Source: the human T2T-CHM13v2.0 reference genome, Homo sapiens. Taken from it: a stretch of 64,000 nucleotides of DNA. The stretch lies in NCBI RefSeq assembly GCF_009914755.1, contig NC_060938.1, one strand, 5' to 3'. Both the position numbers and the translations under genes were made by a program. Under the pieces are notes generated by a model. It ran no database searches and was not told the origin of the DNA. It was given only the letters and a program-made list of their open reading frames with translations. Each line of letters starts with the position of its first letter. Positions within the stretch are counted from its first letter, which is position 1. Below, in pieces: positions 43,101 to 55,100 of the stretch.

Positions 43101-46100
43101 GTATCAAAACTGCTCTGTCAAAAGGAAGGTTCTTCTCTGTTAGGTGAGTGCATACGTCATAAAGGAGTTTCTGAGAATGTTTCTGTCTAGTGGTTATGGG
43201 AAGATATTTGCTTTTTCACCGTAGGCCTCAGAGCGCTCCAAATATCCACTTGCACATACTACAAAAAGAGTGCTTCAAAGCTGCTCTCTGAAACGGAATG
43301 TTCAACTCTATGAGTTGAATGCAAACATCACAAAGACGTTTCTGAGAATGCTTCTGTCTAGATTTGATATGAAGATATTCCCGTTTCCAACGAAATCTTC
43401 AAATCTATCCAAATGTCCACTTGCAGATTCAACAAAAAGTGTTTTTCAGAACTGCTCTATCAAAAGAAAGATCCACCTCTGTTAGCTGAGTTCACACATC
43501 ACAAACAAGTTTATGAGAATGCTTCTGTCTAGTTTTTATTTGAAGATATTTCCTTTCTCACCATAGAGCTGAAAGCTGTCCTAATGTTCACTTCCAGATA
43601 CTACAGAAAGAGTGTTTCAAAACTGCTGTACGAAAGGGAATGTTCAACTCTGTGACTTGAATGCACACATCACAAAGAAGTTTCTGAGGATGCTGCTGTC
43701 TACTTTTTATACGTAATCCCGTTTCCAACGAAATCCTCCAAGCTATCCAAATATCCACTTGCAGATTCCACAGAAAGACTGTTTCAAAACTGCTCTGTCA
43801 ATAGAAAGGTTCAACTCTGTTAGCTGCGTGCATATATCCCAAAGAAGATTCTGAGATTGCTTCTGTCTAGTTTTTATGGGAAGATATTTCCCTTTTCACC
43901 GTAGGCGTCAAGGCGCTCCAAATGTCCACTTCCAGATACTACAAAAAGAGTGTTTCAAACCTACTCTGTGAAAGGGAATATTCAACTCTGTGACTTGAAT
44001 GCACATATCACAAGGAAGTTTCTGAGAATGCTTCTGTCGAGATTTTATATGAAGATATTCCCGTTTCCAACGAAATCCTGAAATGTATCCAAATATCCCC
44101 TTGCAGATTCTACAAAAAGAGTGTTTCAAAACTGCTCTGTAAAAAGAAAGGTTCAACTCTGTTAGTTGAGTACACACATCACAAACAAGTTTCACACAAT
44201 GCTTCTTTCTAGCTTGTAGGGGAAGATATTCCCTTTATCACCATGGGCCTCAAACCGTCCGATAAGTCCACTTCCATATACTACAAAAAGAGCGTTTCAA
44301 ACCTGCTCTATGAAAGGCAATGTTCAACTCTGTGACTTGAATGCAGACATCACAGAGCAGTTTCTGAGAATGCTTCTGTCTAGATTTTATAGGAAGATAT
44401 TCCCGTTTCCAACGAAATCTTCACAGCTATCCAAATATCCACTTGCAGATTCTACAAAAAGAGTGTATCAAAACTGCTCTGTCAAAAGGAAGGTTCTTTT
44501 CTGTTAGGTGAGTGCATACGTCATAAAGGAGTTTCTGAGAATGTTTCTGTCTAGTGGTTATGGGAAGATATTTGCTTTTTCACCGTAGGCCTCAGAGCAC
44601 TCCAAATATCCACTTGCACATACTACAAAAAGAGTGCCTCAAAGCTGCTCTCTGAAACGGAATGTTCAACTCTATGAGTTGAATGCAAACATCGCAAAGA
44701 CGTTTCTGAGAATGCTTCTGTCTAGATTTGATATGAAGATATTCCCGTTTCCAACGAAATCTTCAAATCTATCCAAATGTCCACTTGCAGATTCAACAAA
44801 AAGTGTTTTTCAGAACTGCTCTATCAAAAGAAAGATCCACCTCTGTTAGCTGAGTTCACACATCACAAACAAGTTTATGAGAATGCTTCTGTCTAGTTTT
44901 TATTTGAAGATATTTCCTTTCTCACCATAGAGCTGAAAGCTGTCCTAATGTTCACTTCCAGATACTACAGAAAGAGTGTTTCAAAACTGCTGTACGAAAG
45001 GGAATGTTCAACTCTGTGACTTGAATGCACACATCACAAAGAAGTTTCTGAGGATGCTGCTGTCTACTTTTTATACGTAATCCCGTTTCCAACGAAATCC
45101 TCCAAGCTATCCAAATATCCACTTGCAGATTCCACAGAAAGACTGTTTCAAAACTGCTCTGTCAATAGAAAGGTTCAACTCTGTTAGCTGCGTGCATATA
45201 TCCCAAAGAAGATTCTGAGATTGCTTCTGTCTAGTTTTTATGGGAAGATATTTCCCTTTTCACCGTAGGTGTCAAGGCGCTCCAAATGTCCACTTCCAGA
45301 TACTACAAAAAGAGTGTTTCAAACCTACTCTGTGAAAGGGAATATTCAACTCTGTGACTTGAATGCACATATCACAAAGAAGTTTCTGAGAATGCTTCTG
45401 TCGAGATTTTATATGAAGATATTCCCGTTTCCAACGAAATGCTGAAATCTATCCAAATATCCCCTCGCAGATTCTACAAAAAGAGTGTTTCAAAACTGCT
45501 CTGTGAAAAGAAAGGTTCAACTCTGTTAGTTGAGTACACACATCACAAACAAGTTTCACAGAATGCTTCTTTCTAGCTTGTAGGGGAAGATATTCCCTTT
45601 ATCACCATGGGCCTCCAACCGTCCGAAACATCCACTTCCATATACTACAAAAAGAGCGTTTCAAACCTGCTCTATGAAAGGCAATGTTCAACTCTGTGAC
45701 TTGAATGCAGACATCACAGAGCAGTTTCTGAGAATGCTTCTGTCTAGATTTTATAGGAAGATATTCCCGTTTCCAACGAAATCTTCACAGCTATCCAAAT
45801 ATCCACTTGCAGATTCTACAAAAAGAGTGTATCAAAACTGCTCTGTCAAAAGGAAGGTTCTTCTCTGTTAGGTGAGTGCATACGTCATAAAGGAGTTTCT
45901 GAGAATGTTTCTGTCTAGTGGTTATGGGAAGATATTTGCTTTTTCACCGTAGGCCTCAGAGCGCTCCAAATATCCACTTGCACATACTACAAAAAGAGTG
46001 CTTCAAAGCTGCTCTCTGAAACGGAATGTTCAACTCTATGAGTTGAATGCAAACATCACAAAGACGTTTCTGAGAATGCTTCTGTCTAGATTTGATATGA

Positions 46101-49100
46101 AGATATTCCCGTTTCCAACGAAATCTTCAAATCTATCCAAATGTCCACTTGCAGATTCAACAAAAAGTGTTTTTCAGAACTGCTCTATCAAAAGAAAGAT
46201 CCACCTCTGTTAGCTGAGTTCACACATCACAAACAAGTTTATGAGAATGCTTCTGTCTAGTTTTTATTTGAAGATATTTCCTTTCTCACCATAGAGCTGA
46301 AAGCTGTCCTAATGTTCACTTCCAGATACTACAGAAAGAGTGTTTCAAAACTGCTGTACGAAAGGGAATGTTCAACTCTGTGACTTGAATGCACACATCA
46401 CAAAGAAGTTTCTGAGGATGCTGCTGTCTACTTTTTATACGTAATCCCGTTTCCAACGAAATCCTCCAAGCTATCCAAATATCCACTTGCAGATTCCACA
46501 GAAAGACTGTTTCAAAACTGCTCTGTCAATAGAAAGGTTCAACTCTGTTAGCTGCGTGCATATATCCCAAAGAAGATTCTGAGATTGCTTCTGTCTAGTT
46601 TTTATGGGAAGATATTTCCCTTTTCACCGTAGGCGTCAAGGCGCTCCAAATGTCCACTTCCAGATACTACAAAAAGAGTGTTTCAAACCTACTCTGTGAA
46701 AGGGAATATTCAACTCTGTGACTTGAATGCACATATCACAAGGAAGTTTCTGAGAATGCTTCTGTCGAGATTTTATATGAAGATATTCCCGTTTCCAACG
46801 AAATCCTGAAATCTATCCAAATATCCCCTCGCAGATTCTACAAAAAGAGTGTTTCAAAACTGCTCTGTAAAAAGAAAGGTTCAACTCTGTTAGTTGAGTA
46901 CACACATCACAAACAAGTTTCACACAATGCTTCTTTCTAGCTTGTAGGGGAAGATATTCCCTTTATCACCATGGGCCTCCAACCGTCCGAAACATCCACT
47001 TCCATATACTACAAAAAGAGCGTTTCAAACCTGCTCTATGAAAGGCAATGTTCAACTCTGTGACTTGAATGCAGACATCACAGAGCAGTTTCTGAGAATG
47101 CTTCTGTCTAGATTTTATAGGAAGATATTCCCGTTTCCAACGAAATCTTCACAGCTATCCAAATATCCACTTGCAGATTCTACAAAAAGAGTGTATCAAA
47201 ACTGCTCTGTCAAAAGGAAGGTTCTTCTCTGTTAGGTGAGTGCATACGTCATAAAGGAGTTTCTGAGAATGTTTCTGTCTAGTGGTTATGGGAAGATATT
47301 TGCTTTTTCACCGTAGGCCTCAGAGCGCTCCAAATATCCACTTGCACATACTACAAAAAGAGTGCTTCAAAGCTGCTCTCTGAAACGGAATGTTCAACTC
47401 TATGAGTTGAATGCAAACATCACAAAGACGTTTCTGAGAATGCTTCTGTCTAGATTTGATATGAAGATATTCCCGTTTCCAACGAAATCTTCAAATCTAT
47501 CCAAATGTCCACTTGCAGATTCAACAAAAAGTGTTTTTCAGAACTGCTCTATCAAAAGAAAGATCCACCTCTGTTAGCTGAGTTCACACATCACAAACAA
47601 GTTTATGAGAATGCTTCTGTCTAGTTTTTATTTGAAGATATTTCCTTTCTCACCATAGAGCTGAAAGCTGTCCTAATGTTCACTTCCAGATACTACAGAA
47701 AGAGTGTTTCAAAACTGCTGTACGAAAGGGAATGTTCAACTCTGTGACTTGAATGCACACATCACAAAGAAGTTTCTGAGGATGCTGCTGTCTACTTTTT
47801 ATACGTAATCCCGTTTCCAACGAAATCCTCCAAGCTATCCAAATATCCACTTGCAGATTCCACAGAAAGACTGTTTCAAAACTGCTCTGTCAATAGAAAG
47901 GTTCAACTCTGTTAGCTGCGTGCATATATCCCAAAGAAGATTCTGAGATTGCTTCTGTCTAGTTTTTATGGGAAGATATTTCCCTTTTCACCGTAGGCGT
48001 CAAGGCGCTCCAAATGTCCACTTCCAGATACTACAAAAAGAGTGTTTCAAACCTACTCTGTGAAAGGGAATATTCAACTCTGTGACTTGAATGCACATAT
48101 CACAAGGAAGTTTCTGAGAATGCTTCTGTCGAGATTTTATATGAAGATATTCCCGTTTCCAACGAAATCCTGAAATCTATCCAAATATCCCCTTGCAGAT
48201 TCTACAAAAAGAGTGTTTCAAAACTGCTCTGTAAAAAGAAAGGTTCAACTCTGTTAGTTGAGTACACACATCACAAACAAGTTTCACACAATGCTTCTTT
48301 CTAGCTTGTAGGGGAAGATATTCCCTTTATCACCATGGGCCTCAAACCGTCCGATAAGTCCACTTCCATATACTACAAAAAGAGCGTTTCAAACCTGCTC
48401 TATGAAAGGCAATGTTCAACTCTGTGACTTGAATGCAGACATCACAGAGCAGTTTCTGAGAATGCTTCTGTCTAGATTTTATAGGAAGATATTCCCGTTT
48501 CCAACGAAATCTTCACAGCTATCCAAATATCCACTTGCAGATTCTACAAAAAGAGTGTATCAAAACTGCTCTGTCAAAAGGAAGGTTCTTCTCTGTTAGG
48601 TGAGTGCATACGTCATAAAGGAGTTTCTGAGAATGTTTCTGTCTAGTGGTTATGGGAAGATATTTGCTTTTTCACCGTAGGCCTCAGAGCGCTCCAAATA
48701 TCCACTTGCACATACTACAAAAAGAGTGCCTCAAAGCTGTTCTCTGAAACGGAATGTTCAACTCTATGAGTTGAATGCAAACATCGCAAAGACGTTTCTG
48801 AGAATGCTTCTGTCTAGATTTGATATGAAGATATTCCCGTTTCCAACGAAATCTTCAAATCTATCCAAATGTCCACTTGCAGATTCAACAAAAAGTGTTT
48901 TTCAGAACTGCTCTATCAAAAGAAAGATCCACCTCTGTTAGCTGAGTTCACACATCACAAACAAGTTTATGAGAATGCTTCTGTCTAGTTTTTATTTGAA
49001 GATATTTCCTTTCTCACCATAGAGCTGAAAGCTGTCCTAATGTTCACTTCCAGATACTACAGAAAGAGTGTTTCAAAACTGCTGTACGAAAGGGAATGTT

Positions 49101-52100
49101 CAACTCTGTGACTTGAATGCACACATCACAAAGAAGTTTCTGAGGATGCTGCTGTCTACTTTTTATACGTAATCCCGTTTCCAACGAAATCCTCCAAGCT
49201 ATCCAAATATCCACTTGCAGATTCCACAGAAAGACTGTTTCAAAACTGCTCTGTCAATAGAAAGGTTCAACTCTGTTAGCTGCGTGCATATATCCCAAAG
49301 AAGATTCTGAGATTGCTTCTGTCTAGTTTTTATGGGAAGATATTTCCCTTTTCACCGTAGGCGTCAAGGCGCTCCAAATGTCCAGTTCCAGATACTACAA
49401 AAAGAGTGTTTCAAACCTACTCTGTGAAAGGGAATATTCAACTCTGTGACTTGAATGCACATATCACAAAGAAGTTTCTGAGAATGCTTCTGTCGAGATT
49501 TTATATGAAGATATTCCCGTTTCCAACGAAATGCTGAAATCTATCCAAATATCCCCTCGCAGATTCTACAAAAAGAGTGTTTCAAAACTGCTCTGTGAAA
49601 AGAAAGGTTCAACTCTGTTAGTTGAGTACACACATCACAAACAAGTTTCACAGAATGCTTCTTTCTAGCTTGTAGGGGAAGATATTCCCTTTATCACCAT
49701 GGGCCTCCAACCGTCCGAAACATCCACTTCCATATACTACAAAAAGAGCGTTTCAAACCTGCTCTATGAAAGGCAATGTTCAACTCTGTGACTTGAATGC
49801 AGACATCACAGAGCAGTTTCTGAGAATGCTTCTGTCTAGATTTTATAGGAAGATATTCCCGTTTCCAACGAAATCTTCACAGCTATCCAAATATCCACTT
49901 GCAGATTCTACAAAAAGAGTGTATCAAAACTGCTCTGTCAAAAGGAAGGTTCTTCTCTGTTAGGTGAGTGCATACGTCATAAAGGAGTTTCTGAGAATGT
50001 TTCTGTCTAGTGGTTATGGGAAGATATTTGCTTTTTCACCGTAGGCCTCAGAGCGCTCCAAATATCCACTTGCACATACTACAAAAAGAGTGCTTCAAAG
50101 CTGCTCTCTGAAACGGAATGTTCAACTCTATGAGTTGAATGCAAACATCGCAAAGACGTTTCTGAGAATGCTTCTGTCTAGATTTGATATGAAGATATTC
50201 CCGTTTCCAACGAAATCTTCAAATCTATCCAAATGTCCACTTGCAGATTCAACAAAAAGTGTTTTTCAGAACTGCTCTATCAAAAGAAAGATCCACCTCT
50301 GTTAGCTGAGTTCACACATCACAAACAAGTTTATGAGAATGCTTCTGTCTAGTTTTTATTTGAAGATATTTCCTTTCTCACCATAGAGCTGAAAGCTGTC
50401 CTAATGTTCACTTCCAGATACTACAGAAAGAGTGTTTCAAAACTGCTGTACGAAAGGGAATGTTCAACTCTGTGACTTGAATGCACACATCACAAAGAAG
50501 TTTCTGAGGATGCTGCTGTCTACTTTTTATACGTAATCCCGTTTCCAACGAAATCCTCCAAGCTATCCAAATATCCACTTGCAGATTCCACAGAAAGACT
50601 GTTTCAAAACTGCTCTGTCAATAGAAAGGTTCAACTCTGTTAGCTGCGTGCATATATCCCAAAGAAGATTCTGAGATTGCTTCTGTCTAGTTTTTATGGG
50701 AAGATATTTCCCTTTTCACCGTAGGCGTCAAGGCGCTCCAAATGTCCACTTCCAGATACTACAAAAAGAGTGTTTCAAACCTACTCTGTGAAAGGGAATA
50801 TTCAACTCTGTGACTTGAATGCACATATCACAAGGAAGTTTCTGAGAATGCTTCTGTCGAGATTTTATATGAAGATATTCCCGTTTCCAACGAAATCCTG
50901 AAATGTATCCAAATATCCCCTCGCAGATTCTACAAAAAGAGTGTTTCAAAACTGCTCTGTAAAAAGAAAGGTTCAACTCTGTTAGTTGAGTACACACATC
51001 ACAAACAAGTTTCACAGAATGCTTCTTTCTAGCTTGTAGGGGAAGATTCCCCTTTATCACCATGGTCCTCAAACCGTCCGAAAAGTCCACTTCCATATAC
51101 TACAAAAAGAGCATTTCAAACCTGCTGTATGAAAGGCAATGTTCAACTCTGTGACTTGAATGCAGACATCACAGAGCAGTTTCTGAGAATGCTTCTGTCT
51201 AGATTTTATAGGAAGATATTCCCGTTTCCAACGAAATCTTCACAGCTATCCAAATATCCACTTGCAGATTCTACAAAAAGAGTGTATCAAAACTGCTCTG
51301 TCAAAAGGAAGGTTCTTTTCTGTTAGGTGAGTGCATACGTCATAAAGGAGTTTCTGAGAATGTTTCTGTCTAGTGGTTATGGGAAGATATTTGCTTTTTC
51401 ACCGTAGGCCTCAGAGCGCTCCAAATATCCACTTGCACATACTACAAAAAGAGTGCCTCAAACTGCTCTCTGAAACGGAATGTTCAACTCTATGAGTTGA
51501 ATGCAAACATCGCAAAGACGTTTCTGAGAATGCTTCTGTCTAGATTTGATATGAAGATATTCCCGTTTCCAACGAAATCTTCAAATCTATCCAAATGTCC
51601 ACTTGCAGATTCAACAAAAAGTGTTTTTCAGAACTGCTCTATCAAAAGAAAGATCCACCTCTGTTAGCTGAGTTCACACATCACAAACAAGTTTATGAGA
51701 ATGCTTCTGTCTAGTTTTTATTTGAAGATATTTCCTTTCTCACCATAGAGCTGAAAGCTGTCCTAATGTTCACTTCCAGATACTACAGAAAGAGTGTTTC
51801 AAAACTGCTGTACGAAAGGGAATGTTCAACTCTGTGACTTGAATGCACACATCACAAAGAAGTTTCTGAGGATGCTGCTGGCTACTTTTTATACGTAATC
51901 CCGTTTCCAACGAAATCGTCCAAGCTATCCAAATATCCACTTGCAGATTCCACAGAAAGACTGTTTCAAAACTGCTCTGTCAATAGAAAGGTTCAACTCT
52001 GTTAGCTGCGTGCATATATCCCAAAGAAGATTCTGAGATTGCTTCTGTCTAGTTTTTATGGGAAGATATTTCCCTTTTCACCGTAGGCGTCAAGGCGCTC

Positions 52101-55100
52101 CAAATGTCCACTTCCAGATACTACAAAAAGAGTGTTTCAAACCTACTCTGTGAAAGGGAATATTCAACTCTGTGACTTGAATGCATATATCACAAAGAAG
52201 TTTCTGAGAATGCTTCTGTCGAGATTTTATATGAAGATATTCCCGTTTCCAACGAAATCCTGAAATGTATCCAAATATCCCCTCGCAGATTCTACAAAAA
52301 GAGTGTTTCAAAACTGCTCTGTGAAAAGAAAGGTTCAACTCTGTTAGTTGAGTACACACATCACAAACAAGTTTCACAGAATGCTTCTTTCTAGCTTGTA
52401 GGGGAAGATATTCCCTTTATCACCATGGGCCTCCAACCGTCCGAAACATCCACTTCCATATACTACAAAAAGAGCGTTTCAAACCTGCTCTATGAAAGGC
52501 AATGTTCAACTCTGTGACTTGAATGCAGACATCACAGAGCAGTTTCTGAGAATGCTTCTGTCTAGATTTTATAGGAAGATATTCCCGTTTCCAACGAAAT
52601 CTTCACAGCTATCCAAATATCCACTTGCAGATTCTACAAAAAGAGTGTATCAAAACTGCTCTGTCAAAAGGAAGGTTCTTTTCTGTTAGGTGAGTGCATA
52701 CGTCATAAAGGAGTTTCTGAGAATGTTTCTGTCTAGTGGTTATGGGAAGATATTTGCTTTTTCACCGTAGGCCTCAGAGCGCTCCAAATATCCACTTGCA
52801 CATACTACAAAAAGAGTGCCTCAAACTGCTCTCTGAAACGGAATGTTCAACTCTATGAGTTGAATGCAAACATCGCAAAGACGTTTCTGAGAATGCTTCT
52901 GTCTAGATTTGATATGAAGATATTCCCGTTTCCAACGAAATCTTCAAATCTATCCAAATGTCCACTTGCAGATTCAACAAAAAGTGTTTTTCAGAACTGC
53001 TCTATCAAAAGAAAGATCCACCTCTGTTAGCTGAGTTCACACATCACAAACAAGTTTATGAGAATGCTTCTGTCTAGTTTTTATTTGAAGATATTTCCTT
53101 TCTCACCATAGAGCTGAAAGCTGTCCTAATGTTCACTTCCAGATACTACAGAAAGAGTGTTTCAAAACTGCTGTACGAAAGGGAATGTTCAACTCTGTGA
53201 CTTGAATGCACACATCACAAAGAAGTTTCTGAGGATGCTGCTGGCTACTTTTTATACGTAATCCCGTTTCCAACGAAATCCTCCAAGCTATCCAAATATC
53301 CACTTGCAGATTCCACAGAAAGACTGTTTCAAAACTGCTCTGTCAATAGAAAGGTTCAACTCTGTTAGCTGCGTGCATATATCCCAAAGAAGATTCTGAG
53401 ATTGCTTCTGTCTAGTTTTTATGGGAAGATATTTCCCTTTTCAACGTAGGCGTCAAGGCGCTCCAAATGTCCTCTTCCAGATACTACAAAAAGAGTGTTT
53501 CAAACCTACTCTGTGAAAGGGAATATTCAACTCTGTGACTTGAATGCACATATCACAAAGAAGTTTCTGAGAATGCTTCTGTCGAGATTTTATATGAAGA
53601 TATTCCCGTTTCCAACGAAATCCTGAAATGTATCCAAATATCCCCTCGCAGATTCTACAAAAAGAGTGTTTCAAAACTGCTCTGTGAAAAGAAAGGTTCA
53701 ACTCTGTTAGTTGAGTACACACATCACAAACAAGTTTCACAGAATGCTTCTTTCTAGCTTGTAGGGGAAGATATTCCCTTTATCACCATGGGCCTCCAAC
53801 CGTCCGAAACATCCACTTCCATATACTACAAAAAGAGCGTTTCAAACCTGCTCTATGAAAGGCAATGTTCAACTCTGTGACTTGAATGCAGACATCACAG
53901 AGCAGTTTCTGAGAATGCTTCTGTCTAGATTTTATAGGAAGATATTCCCGTTTCCAACGAAATCTTCACAGCTATCCAAATATCCACTTGCAGATTCTAC
54001 AAAAAGAGTGTATCAAAACTCCTCTGTCAAAAGGAAGGTTCTTTTCTGTTAGGTGAGTGCATACGTCATAAAGGAGTTTCTGAGAATGTTTCTGTCTAGT
54101 GGTTATGGGAAGATATTTGCTTTTTCACCGTAGGCCTCAGAGCGCTCCAAATATCCACTTGCACATACTACAAAAAGAGTGCCTCAAAGCTGCTCTCTGA
54201 AACGGAATGTTCAACTCTATGAGTTGAATGCAAACATCGCAAAGACGTTTCTGAGAATGCTTCTGTCTAGATTTGATATGAAGATATTCCCGTTTCCAAC
54301 GAAATCTTCAAATCTATCCAAATGTCCACTTGCAGATTCAACAAAAAGTGTTTTTCAGAACTGCTCTATCAAAAGAAAGATCCACCTCTGTTAGCTGAGT
54401 TCACACATCACAAACAAGTTTATGAGAATGCTTCTGTCTAGTTTTTATTTGAAGATATTTCCTTTCTCACCATAGAGCTGAAAGCTGTCCTAATGTTCAC
54501 TTCCAGATACTACAGAAAGAGTGTTTCAAAACTGCTGTATGAAAGGGAATGTTCAACTCTGTGACTTGAATGCACACATCACAAAGAAGTTTCTGAGGAT
54601 GCTGCTGTCTACTTTTTATACGTAATCCCGTTTCCAACGAAATCCTCCAAGCTATCCAAATATCCACTTGCAGATTCCACAGAAAGACTGTTTCAAAACT
54701 GCTCTGTCAATAGAAAGGTTCAACTCTGTTAGCTGCGTGCATATATCCCAAAGAAGATTCTGAGATTGCTTCTGTCTAGTTTTTATGGGAAGATATTTCC
54801 CTTTTCACCGTAGGCGTCAAGGCGCTCCAAATGTCCACTTCCAGATACTACAAAAAGAGTGTTTCAAACCTACTCTGTGAAAGGGAATATTCAACTCTGT
54901 GACTTGAATGCACATATCACAAAGAAGTTTCTGAGAATGCTTCTGTCGAGATTTTATATGAAGATATTCCCGTTTCCAACGAAATCCTGAAATGTATCCA
55001 AATATCCCCTCGCAGATTCTACAAAAAGAGTGTTTCAAAACTGCTCTGTGAAAAGAAAGGTTCAACTTTGTTAGTTGAGTACACACATCACAAACAAGTT

